64,000 nt of DNA from IMG/VR virus record IMGVR_UViG_3300021400_000468, positions 36,469 to 100,468 of that record; one strand, given 5' to 3'. Source of the stretch: a virus. Its lineage: Duplodnaviria > Caudoviricetes. Numbering within the stretch: position 1 is the first letter of the stretch; the number at the start of each line of letters is the position of its first letter. Made by a program: the position numbers and the translations under genes. Of the stretch, positions 30,530 to 38,769 are shown one piece after another. The notes under the pieces are model-generated. The model was not told where the DNA came from. It ran no database searches and saw only the letters and a list, made by a program, of their open reading frames with translations.

Positions 30530-31921
30530 TTAGTCATGGATTTCAACCTCACCCTTGTCGTTAATCACATAACGACCGGGTGTACGGCTCTTGTCAAGAA
30601 ATGCTCTGAGCTTATCCTTATCCACGGCGGTAATGGGCTTTCCTCCACCACCGGTGGCAATCAGAACAGGCTCGGATCCCATCGGGCCGCTGTTGTCATA
30701 CAGGCTGAACTCATCAAAATACTGAGCACACGCAACCGATGTATCGGTAACGGCTCCATGAATCTTTCTGACTTCATCCTCGGCAACAAGGCGGGGCGGA
30801 ACCTTACTTCTACCGGCTTCGTATTCAGCCTTGGCATGTTCATACCGACCCTGATTTCTCTTGAGAGCTTCTTCAATATCAAGGGTCATGTAGGAACCCA
30901 CCGCTCTGCACCCTGCGGCATGAGCCTGATCAATCTTCTTCTTCAGGCTCTTTACGCTTCCGTCGCCAGTTCCATCATAAACCGCATTCAAACCGGAATC
31001 CAGCGTTGCGGAATACAGGGACTTGGCAAGACCAGAGCTTTCCTCGTGATAATACCCGGCAGCTTTGGTGGACTTGGAAGCCATATCCTCATAACCGGGA
31101 AGCGCGGCTTTCATCTCATCCGGGTCAATTCCCACGCAGGAATTTTCGGGAAGAGCTTTTTCAGCCATCTTTCTCAGCCTTGACTTACCGGAAGCAGGTC
31201 CGCCGCCGAGAATCGTAACGACCCTCTGTCCTTCGGGCTGAGGAATCTTCCCTTCCAACTTATCACGGATAATCTCTCTGTGAACCTCCTGACGCTCTCT
31301 CGTGAAGTTTCCGTTCTTATCCAGATACTTCTTCGCGGAGTTGGGCTTGGTCTCGGTTCGGCAGTCATCGGCATTCACCGGCTTGCTCGAAATGCTCTCC
31401 CTACTAAGAGGAGTCCCGACCTTAACCGGAGAGGTCTTTCCCTGCTTCGCCCCGGAAGCGGTACTTCCAACACCAGCGGAAGCCCCGGAAGAACCGGAAG
31501 ATCCGGAAGAACTCTTCTTACTCTCAGCGTTCTTCTTGGCCTCGGCCTTGACCTCCTTGATATTCTTTCCGGTCATGGCATTAGGACCGGCGACCACTTC
31601 ACCCTCTTCATTCAAGGCAAAGTGCTTGCCGTTCTTCGTGGTTCTCCACTGGACGTCTTCGCCGTTTACCTGATCGGCATCAAACCGGCTTCCCGCCCCG
31701 CTATTATTATACCACATTTCGCCACGTTTGTCAATAGGAAGTTTATTGAAATCCCTATTTATTTCCGGGAGATTACGTTTGGCAAGCCGCTTGTTTCTGC
31801 GGTTATAAAACGCATCCACACTATCGGTGCGGACTTCCCCATCTCCAGACAGCCCGCGCTTGGCAAGTCTGGCATCCCGACGCTTCTTGTATTCGAGGAT
31901 TTTCTTGCGGTCATTCTGCAT
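30530..31921 (-). CDS. Head-associated protein with C-terminal zeta-toxin-like P-loop kinase
   Basis: LGGGPASGKS, IDPDEMK, HEESS, DGTG and LYDNSG motifs. Confidence 0.8.
   Translation of the reverse strand: MQNDRKKILEYKKRRDARLAKRGLSGDGEVRTDSVDAFYNRRNKRLAKRNLPEINRDFNKLPIDKRGEMWYNNSGAGSRFDADQVNGEDVQWRTTKNGKHFALNEEGEVVAGPNAMTGKNIKEVKAEAKKNAESKKSSSGSSGSSGASAGVGSTASGAKQGKTSPVKVGTPLSRESISSKPVNADDCRTETKPNSAKKYLDKNGNFTRERQEVHREIIRDKLEGKIPQPEGQRVVTILGGGPASGKSRLRKMAEKALPENSCVGIDPDEMKAALPGYEDMASKSTKAAGYYHEESSGLAKSLYSATLDSGLNAVYDGTGDGSVKSLKKKIDQAHAAGCRAVGSYMTLDIEEALKRNQGRYEHAKAEYEAGRSKVPPRLVAEDEVRKIHGAVTDTSVACAQYFDEFSLYDNSGPMGSEPVLIATGGGGKPITAVDKDKLRAFLDKSRTPGRYVINDKGEVEIHD
31706..31734 (-). promoter_or_regulatory. 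Intragenic sigmaA consensus promoter (extended -10)
   Basis: TTGACA-aacgtggcgaaatgtgg(17)-TATAAT. Confidence 0.8.
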
Positions 31922-31984
31922 GGCTACACCCCATTCTCAAGGCCCCAAAACAGGCTTGTTTTTTCCTTCCATTTTAGATTAAAA

Positions 31985-32180
31985 TATACAGTACAGTAAC
32001 AGATACAGTACAGTACAGATACAGTAAAAAAGGGATTTTTTCGATACCGTATCCATACCCTATCGACACGGTATCCTTGATGTACCTCAAACCCAACAGG
32101 GACAACGGACAGAGACACTTTGATAAAAATAGTTTATTCATTAAAGCTGTTTTAGGATACGGTATCCATACCCTATCGAA
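31985..32180. repeat. Iteron-like 11-bp repeats plus TACAG(T/A) short repeats (origin-like)
   Basis: Five GATA(C/G)(C/G)GT(A/G)T units at 32043-32075 and 32156-32179; TACAG array at 31987-32025 beside AT-rich DNA. Confidence 0.6.
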
Positions 32181-32292
32181 AAACAGCCCAAATTCACTCT
32201 CTCTTTGTAGAAAAATCGATGTAGTTAAAGATTGTTCACAGATTATTCATCCAGATCAAGAGTAGTTTAATGTTAAACTATTCGGATTGGAC

Positions 32293-32325
32293 ATGAGAAA
32301 AGGGCGATTTCTCGCCCCATCTCAT
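32293..32325 (-). terminator. Intrinsic terminator closing the portal-toxin cassette
   Basis: gggcga-gaaa-tcgccc-tttt on the minus strand. Confidence 0.65.
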
Positions 32326-32340
32326 CTTCATTTTTGACCA

Positions 32341-32598
32341 TTACTCGGAATCGGAGTCACCTTCATCCGGGATGATCTCAATGTCCTTGATCTCATCTTC
32401 CCAGAGGACAAGCCCCATATCATCATCGTCAAGAGAAACCATGATCGAAGAAAACGCACCGTCCTCACGGTCACAGTCGCCCCTGCCCTCATACTCATCC
32501 ACAAAACACTTGATTGTCTTTCCGTCTGTGGTCTTGATCACAGCATGATGATCAGTGGCATGCCACATGAGATTGTCGATTTCCTTGCCCTTATCCAT
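32341..32598 (-). CDS. Small acidic protein, putative immunity protein
   Basis: 85 aa, overlaps the portal-fusion stop by 8 nt. Confidence 0.6.
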   Translation of the reverse strand: MDKGKEIDNLMWHATDHHAVIKTTDGKTIKCFVDEYEGRGDCDREDGAFSSIMVSLDDDDMGLVLWEDEIKDIEIIPDEGDSDSE

Positions 32599-35377
32599 TC
32601 TTACCCTCTGCTTTCGCTTTTTCTTCTTTCGCCTTTTCGTCCAACGCTTCCTTCAACCTCTGTTTATAATCCTTCGGTTTGGCGGGGACGAAATGACAGC
32701 CATCTTTTGCATAATGCACCGTCATACGATCCGTTTTAAGCCAGCAATCATGATCCCGATCATAGAAACGTCCAACAATCTTGCCAGCCGAGATGGTTTC
32801 CCGATAACAGGTATTACTGTCCGGCTTTCCATATGAAACACCATTTCCGTGATTTTGACTCAATATACTCTGAAGCTCTTTATCACTTACCGTGGTGTAG
32901 CTCGGAGGATTCCCATCTTTAATGCGCTGGTTATATTCGGCAGAGTCTTTCCTGTGAGGATTCTGCTTCTTCTTGTTCAGCCTATCGCTCACTATGCCAG
33001 ACGCAATTACGTAATCAAGCTGCTTGGACGGAATCTTTACGGGAGGATCATCCTGATATGATGGCGAACCTTTATTTGAAGATCCTCCTACCGATCCAGG
33101 TCTACCTCCATGTCCGAAGTTCCCGCTTCCGGGGCCTCCATCCATACTTATTATACCACCTTCTTCGTCAATTGTCAATATCTCAGACAACTTTTCAAAC
33201 AAAAGGTTCATGGATATTTTGAAGGGGCCAAACAGGTTATGACTGAATATATCGGGGATGGTACGGAACCGCTGATTATCCATTTCAAAATCGGCGGTAA
33301 TCATCTCACCCTCATACTCAGTGCAGAAGAACACAGCGGGAATAAGACCAGTATCCTCTTCAAAATCACCAAGACCGATCAACTTCAGGTTCAAGGGGGT
33401 AATGCCAAACTCTTCCTGCGTTTCCCGGACCGCAGCATCAGTTAGAGATTCACCGGGTTCCACATGACCACCGGGACCACAGAGCTGACCGAAGTGATCG
33501 ATATCCTTTCTGGTTCCGGTCAGGATCTTCATCTGCTTAAGATTCAGGACGAACACACCGACCGAACGGATACGTCGGAGAATGTCATCGTCCAACCACT
33601 CCTCGCTGGTCACATCTTCGACGGGATGGACAAGATCGGATTCGACAGCAGGAGAATCATCCTGTGATCCAGAGGCATCGTCTTCATGATCAGGTTCTTC
33701 TTCCTGATCAACCTCTTCTTGTACAGCCTCTTCTACCTGCTCAACCTCTTCCTGATCCTGCGGGAGTTTGGTAGCTTCGGGGGCGGATTCGGGGGCATTG
33801 CCGTATTCGGCATAATCATCGAAGTCGCCCTGTTCCATGAGATGACCGTCACCCTGAGCGGGTTGAGGAGCGACGCCCATCTGCGGAGCGGCACCTCCCA
33901 TGGCTTCCATACCGCCCATGCCACCTTCACCACCCTCTGCTCCCTGCTGACCCTGCGGTGCGCTTTCCATAAGCTCTTCTTCAGACATATCGTCGAGCAT
34001 GGATTCCACATCAAGATCATCGGGTTTGCCGAGGCCAACACGGACTTCTTTAGGATCGAGGACTTCCATACCGACATAGGTATTGGCAATGTTGGCACGG
34101 GTAAGCTCGTTCTGGAGCTTGGAGGATTCAAGCTGAACCTCTTCCGTCTCGGACATGGACCAAAGCGGATTGAAGGAAACTTTGAACTCCGGAACCTTCT
34201 CCACTTCCCCGGTATGCAGACCCGCCGCAAAAATCACGGAAAGCAGATACCGAAGGTTGGAGCGGAGCATCCTCTTCTGGATCCGTTCCACATAGTTATA
34301 GTAGTTCTCAAAGTCACTTTCACCGGTGGCATTCATACCGGCGGGAGAACGACCAAACAGAATGGTTTGGGGAATTGAGGTAATGGCCGAAAGCCAATTG
34401 CAAGAGGCATCGATTACTTCTTGCACTCCGGTGAATCCAAACGTCTGGAAGCTGTAATCCTCACCCTCTGCATCAATCGTAATGGAATTCAGAAGTCCGC
34501 GCGCAGTATCAATGGCCTCCAGTCTGCGGAGGACCTTATCCTCACCCTCTTCGGTTGCCAACAGGGCGGCGAGGTCCTTCATCCGATATACGGGTTGGAC
34601 GGATTTGGAAAGCATCTTCGGGGCGCTCTCATGGGCTACCTCGGCATTGCGGATGGCGCGGTTAATCCGGACGTATTCCGGAATGCCCCAAAGCCTGTAA
34701 TTCTCATAGCTGGTGTTCAGCGGAAGCATTCCGTTTCTGAACGCCAGCACACGGCTGTCATGAACCCAGAAATGCCCCCCGGTAATGGGATTGTTAATTT
34801 CATACCATTCCGGCGTACCGAGTCTGCTTCCGCGAGTTTGAAACGGATCGTTGGGTTCATGGTCGTATATCGAGGCATAATCCGGATTGATACAGGAGCG
34901 GTCAAAAACAAGGATATCATCAATGGACCGGATCCTCTTCCAGTCCAGCGGCTCTTCAAGGCCATGACCATCGTTGATGAGCATAATGGCGAGGGAACCG
35001 CCGAAAAGCCGCGCCCACTTGATTCCGGTCATTGCCACTTCTTCCCAATCAAGCTCGTCAAGGGCAGATTGGTAGAATTCAATCAGGTCCTTATCTTCAA
35101 CATCATCCAGTTCAAAACCATGCTTGACGGCTTCTTCAGCGGGAGTGTCTATGATCTTGGCAAACAGGCCGTTGTTCTCGTAGAACATCTCCAGAAGCAT
35201 ATCATCCACTACCGGTTCAGGCTGATAACGGTAGGCTTCGGTATCGTCCTTTTTGGTTCCGTACCGATTGACCATATTGACATAGCCGTCAAACCGATGA
35301 AGGGGAATCGCATTCCCGGTCTGCTTGCGCAGGACGTTTTCATATCTGCGCATATCGAATGCCATATCTCTATCCAC
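32591..35377 (-). CDS. Portal protein (DUF1073-like) fused to a Nudix hydrolase and a C-terminal Ntox50-like toxin domain
   Basis: KIIDTPAEE, WARLFGG, IPQTILFGRSPAGMNATGESD; Nudix box GGHVEPGESLTDAAVRETQEEFG; KQNPH...GKIVG...TVHYAKDGCHFVP. Confidence 0.85.
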   Translation of the reverse strand: MDRDMAFDMRRYENVLRKQTGNAIPLHRFDGYVNMVNRYGTKKDDTEAYRYQPEPVVDDMLLEMFYENNGLFAKIIDTPAEEAVKHGFELDDVEDKDLIEFYQSALDELDWEEVAMTGIKWARLFGGSLAIMLINDGHGLEEPLDWKRIRSIDDILVFDRSCINPDYASIYDHEPNDPFQTRGSRLGTPEWYEINNPITGGHFWVHDSRVLAFRNGMLPLNTSYENYRLWGIPEYVRINRAIRNAEVAHESAPKMLSKSVQPVYRMKDLAALLATEEGEDKVLRRLEAIDTARGLLNSITIDAEGEDYSFQTFGFTGVQEVIDASCNWLSAITSIPQTILFGRSPAGMNATGESDFENYYNYVERIQKRMLRSNLRYLLSVIFAAGLHTGEVEKVPEFKVSFNPLWSMSETEEVQLESSKLQNELTRANIANTYVGMEVLDPKEVRVGLGKPDDLDVESMLDDMSEEELMESAPQGQQGAEGGEGGMGGMEAMGGAAPQMGVAPQPAQGDGHLMEQGDFDDYAEYGNAPESAPEATKLPQDQEEVEQVEEAVQEEVDQEEEPDHEDDASGSQDDSPAVESDLVHPVEDVTSEEWLDDDILRRIRSVGVFVLNLKQMKILTGTRKDIDHFGQLCGPGGHVEPGESLTDAAVRETQEEFGITPLNLKLIGLGDFEEDTGLIPAVFFCTEYEGEMITADFEMDNQRFRTIPDIFSHNLFGPFKISMNLLFEKLSEILTIDEEGGIISMDGGPGSGNFGHGGRPGSVGGSSNKGSPSYQDDPPVKIPSKQLDYVIASGIVSDRLNKKKQNPHRKDSAEYNQRIKDGNPPSYTTVSDKELQSILSQNHGNGVSYGKPDSNTCYRETISAGKIVGRFYDRDHDCWLKTDRMTVHYAKDGCHFVPAKPKDYKQRLKEALDEKAKEEKAKAEGKNG
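33150..33178 (-). promoter_or_regulatory. Intragenic sigmaA consensus promoter (extended -10)
   Basis: TTGACA-attgacgaagaaggtgg(17)-TATAAT. Confidence 0.8.
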
Positions 35378-35395
35378 TCCTTCGTTTCATGGGCG

Positions 35396-36805
35396 TTACA
35401 GAAGATTATTGATGTTAAACTGCGCCCTCAATTCTACTTCCGCAAAGCCATTCGCGGAGGCATCCACCATATCCTTGAACTTCCATTCCGGGAAGTTCTC
35501 AAGCTGCTCCAGATATGCCTCATTCCAGTCTGCATGAAGAATATCGAAATTTCCGGCTTGCCACTGAGCTGCCATAGGCTCTGCCCGGGACTCCTTACTT
35601 CCGGATTCAGAAACCGCCGTAACATCAAAACCGGACAACAGCTTTATGTATGACTGCGCCTGTTCCTTTCCGGCCTGACCGGGGTCCTGCGGCAACCTGA
35701 TCCGAACACGTTTGAACTCGGCCCTGTCCTTCTGTGCCGTGAGACGGATTGTCTGGCGCACATCGGAAGCAGCCATCTGTTTATTGATAACGTCCGCTAC
35801 AAGGTAACGTCCGTTTTTTCTCTTTCCTATCAACACCCCGGCTGTATACGCCGCGTCCCCGTTCTCATCCTTTTCGGTGGCGGCAAGGTCCCAGCATCTC
35901 ACCCACTGGATCACATCATTCGGAATGACCTCAAGAATATTGCCAAGCTGTGTGCGCTTGAAATACAGACCGGCACTCGGCTTGATCTTCCAGTTTCCGT
36001 AAAGAAGACGCTCCCTTTCCACAATGGACAGGGATTTCAGGTTTGCCAGATAGCTTGGGTTGACCTTCAGGAGTTCCTTATTGTCATAGATTGAAGAGGC
36101 AATAAAGGTAACGGATTTCGGCTCTTCCCTCTCTTCCGTGGTTTTGAGGTCGAACTGCTTCCACAACTCCGTTCGGCTGTCGGCCCAATACAGTTGCTCG
36201 TCACGACGGATGAACCACCTCTTGACGCCGCTTCTTTCCTGAATGGCATAACCGGAATCCTGATCAATCCACCACGAAATAAACTCCGCGACCCATGAAT
36301 TGGCGTCCGGGTTGCAAGTGGCGCGAACAAAGGGCTTTACGCCGCAGGTACTACGGTTACGGGACAGCATGTAGAAAAACTGACGCTCAGAAAAATGGGT
36401 AAGCTCATCCCAACAGATTTCCGCTATCTGCGAACCCTGCCAATTATGGACGGCATCATCTCTGTCCAAGTGGGCGAACTTTACTCTTCCGAGAATTTCC
36501 CCCTCCGGACTTCTGAACATCCACGACCCATCGCCGCCTCTCTTCTCGGCTCCGGGAATACTGTGGTATATCTTGTCGGCTTCATCCCAAAGACCGCCTT
36601 GGCTGAAGATCTGATTGTAGTTCTTACGAAAGATGGTACAGGTAAACCCCGGAACGTTTTTGTACCGCAGGGGAGTAAGCAAAAGGCCGTAGCTCTTCCC
36701 TCCACCGGCGGAACCGCCATAAATGCAGATGTCAGCGCTTGTGGCAAGAAATCGTTCCTGCGGTCCGGGCTGAGGCTTGATAATCATTGTTTCTTTTCCA
36801 GCCAT
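35396..36805 (-). CDS. terL: Terminase large subunit
   Basis: PQPGPQ, YGGSAGGGKS Walker A, WDELTHF Walker B, WDLA and DMVDA nuclease motifs. Confidence 0.92.
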   Translation of the reverse strand: MAGKETMIIKPQPGPQERFLATSADICIYGGSAGGGKSYGLLLTPLRYKNVPGFTCTIFRKNYNQIFSQGGLWDEADKIYHSIPGAEKRGGDGSWMFRSPEGEILGRVKFAHLDRDDAVHNWQGSQIAEICWDELTHFSERQFFYMLSRNRSTCGVKPFVRATCNPDANSWVAEFISWWIDQDSGYAIQERSGVKRWFIRRDEQLYWADSRTELWKQFDLKTTEEREEPKSVTFIASSIYDNKELLKVNPSYLANLKSLSIVERERLLYGNWKIKPSAGLYFKRTQLGNILEVIPNDVIQWVRCWDLAATEKDENGDAAYTAGVLIGKRKNGRYLVADVINKQMAASDVRQTIRLTAQKDRAEFKRVRIRLPQDPGQAGKEQAQSYIKLLSGFDVTAVSESGSKESRAEPMAAQWQAGNFDILHADWNEAYLEQLENFPEWKFKDMVDASANGFAEVELRAQFNINNLL

Positions 36806-37215
36806 TACGCATCTTCATTCTCCTCCGGATCTTCTTCTATCGCGGGCAGATAAATCATTACATCCGGGACGTTGGTAACATCCACCGAACTTTCTGGAGC
36901 ATTGATCTCCACAAGCGGTCTGTCGGTCTGTCCCAAGAACTGCTTACCGAGAAAAATAGCCATAGCCGCAGATTTTTCAGACAGCTTAAGCTGATTCCGG
37001 CGCAGTTTGATTTTCAGAGCCATGGATCCGTTTTGTCTGGAATACTCTTGAAAACTCATTCCGAACGTCCGCTTGCACCATCGGCTCAAGGTATCGCCAT
37101 TCGCAGGTTTCCCGAACTCATCCCGGAACCACCAGCAAATCTCCTCTGCGCTGCATCCGAGTCCTACGAGATCGATAAACTGCTTCTCATCAAATTCTTT
37201 CAATGGGCGGGCCAT
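36805..37215 (-). CDS. terS: Terminase small subunit
   Basis: N-terminal HTH, MAIFLGKQFLGQTD motif, abuts terL. Confidence 0.75.
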   Translation of the reverse strand: MARPLKEFDEKQFIDLVGLGCSAEEICWWFRDEFGKPANGDTLSRWCKRTFGMSFQEYSRQNGSMALKIKLRRNQLKLSEKSAAMAIFLGKQFLGQTDRPLVEINAPESSVDVTNVPDVMIYLPAIEEDPEENEDA

Positions 37216-37234
37216 TGAAGACACCCCCTCTGTT

Positions 37235-37924
37235 TTACTTGATCGCTAACCATCCGGCGAAGTTCAGGTATCTCCAGAAGCAGTCCACTTTGGAGAATCC
37301 GGTGGTGCGAAGAAGGTCCTCATTCCAATGGGCGGTAATGGGAACCAAAACACCCTCAAGGCTTTTCCGCTTCGCGGCGATCTGTTCCTGCGTATACAGG
37401 TTGTCTGCCTTGATCTGGTAGTATTCGGTCACGAGAACGTCATCAATCTCGTCGGTATTGCCGAGGACCTTTTCCACCATAATCAAAGCACCACCGGGAA
37501 CCAGCCGGTCATAGGCACTCCGGACAATCTTCTGACGGTATTCTATCGGCGTGAACTGAAGCGTCAGAATGCTGAGAATCAGACTGCATTCAACTTCCGG
37601 AAGACCCTTCGTAATATCATACAGCCTTGCATCAATATAACCGAACCTCTTCTTCAGTTCCTCAATCATAGGCTCGCTTACATCAAGACACACATAACCG
37701 AAATCGTCTCCAAACTTCCGGACAAACGGAGCAATGGCATTTCCATTACTGCACCCGATATCCATGATGGTTGTATTCGGCTTCAGGTAATGACATCCGA
37801 TCTTTGTGACCAGCTCCCGCATATCGTTATATCCGGGAATGGAACGCTCCAGCATTTCATCGAAACAGTCAGTCACTTCCTGATCAAATTTCCATTTTCC
37901 ATCGGGCATGACCTGATCCTTCAT
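37235..37924 (-). CDS. cmoA: CmoA-like carboxy-S-adenosylmethionine synthase
   Basis: WKFD.EV...FDEM..RSIPGY, DIGCS.G, LTLQF, EK and AKRKSL motifs, matching E. coli CmoA. Confidence 0.8.
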   Translation of the reverse strand: MKDQVMPDGKWKFDQEVTDCFDEMLERSIPGYNDMRELVTKIGCHYLKPNTTIMDIGCSNGNAIAPFVRKFGDDFGYVCLDVSEPMIEELKKRFGYIDARLYDITKGLPEVECSLILSILTLQFTPIEYRQKIVRSAYDRLVPGGALIMVEKVLGNTDEIDDVLVTEYYQIKADNLYTQEQIAAKRKSLEGVLVPITAHWNEDLLRTTGFSKVDCFWRYLNFAGWLAIK

Positions 37925-38769
37925 TTCTTCAACTCCTTCGCAATGTCATTGTACACGCCAATAATGGCCTTATGCTTCTTCGGATTGTATTTGCTTGCTA
38001 ACAACCTATCATGACATTCCCTCAATCGAGAATTTATCTGATAGCTATGGTCGGTCTGGTCACGATAATATGCCCCCTTCTTATAGTAGTCATCAAACGC
38101 CTTGATGCTGGCATATTTCGGAACAGGTTTATTGATCGCCGCAAGGGAGAACTGCCCAATATAATCGAAGATGGCTGGGGTATTGTAAAAGTCCGTGTTC
38201 TTCTTTCCAAACTGTCCGGCATAACGAGCGATATTCCCAGCGGAAAAATCCAGATCATCGCTGTAGCACTTCCGATATTTGGCTACGGCCTGATCTCCCC
38301 CATCATGAAACGCAACCTGCACCTTCCTCTGGGTACAGAAAAGGTCATCTCCACCGATCCCTGTAATTATATGATTTTCATCCATACGCGCATAAATATA
38401 CTTCCACGGAATCATGCACTGAATGATGGTCTTTTTTACGAGATGACAATACGGAATGACCTCCCGGATATCCCGGTACATTCTATCCACATCGGAAGGA
38501 ACACAGATTTCAGTCAACTCAAACCCAAAATCTTTTGCCAGCTTTCTGGATGATTTCAGATCTGCGGACAAAATGCCATCCATATAGAAGGTATAACAGT
38601 GAGGCTTCCGTCCGGTCTCCAACATGGAAAACAGAACCGTTATGGAATCCGTTCCGCCGCTCAACGCAAGGGCGGAAGTCCCATCCGGATCTATCTCCTT
38701 CACACGGTCAAGGCAGATTTGCCTAAACTTATCCGCGTCCTCACGCGAGAAATGCGTTTTCCATTCCAT
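37921..38769 (-). CDS. Asparagine-synthetase-like ATP-dependent amide ligase (synthetase domain only)
   Basis: PP-loop LSGGTDS and TGIGGDDLF; no N-terminal glutaminase domain. Confidence 0.75.
   Translation of the reverse strand: MEWKTHFSREDADKFRQICLDRVKEIDPDGTSALALSGGTDSITVLFSMLETGRKPHCYTFYMDGILSADLKSSRKLAKDFGFELTEICVPSDVDRMYRDIREVIPYCHLVKKTIIQCMIPWKYIYARMDENHIITGIGGDDLFCTQRKVQVAFHDGGDQAVAKYRKCYSDDLDFSAGNIARYAGQFGKKNTDFYNTPAIFDYIGQFSLAAINKPVPKYASIKAFDDYYKKGAYYRDQTDHSYQINSRLRECHDRLLASKYNPKKHKAIIGVYNDIAKELKK

Noticed and set aside
31985-32180. CRISPR array or small CDS 31924..32118
   Set aside because: Repeats are 5-11 bp with no unique spacers, and the ORF is just the translated repeat tract; no CRISPR array was seen anywhere in the window
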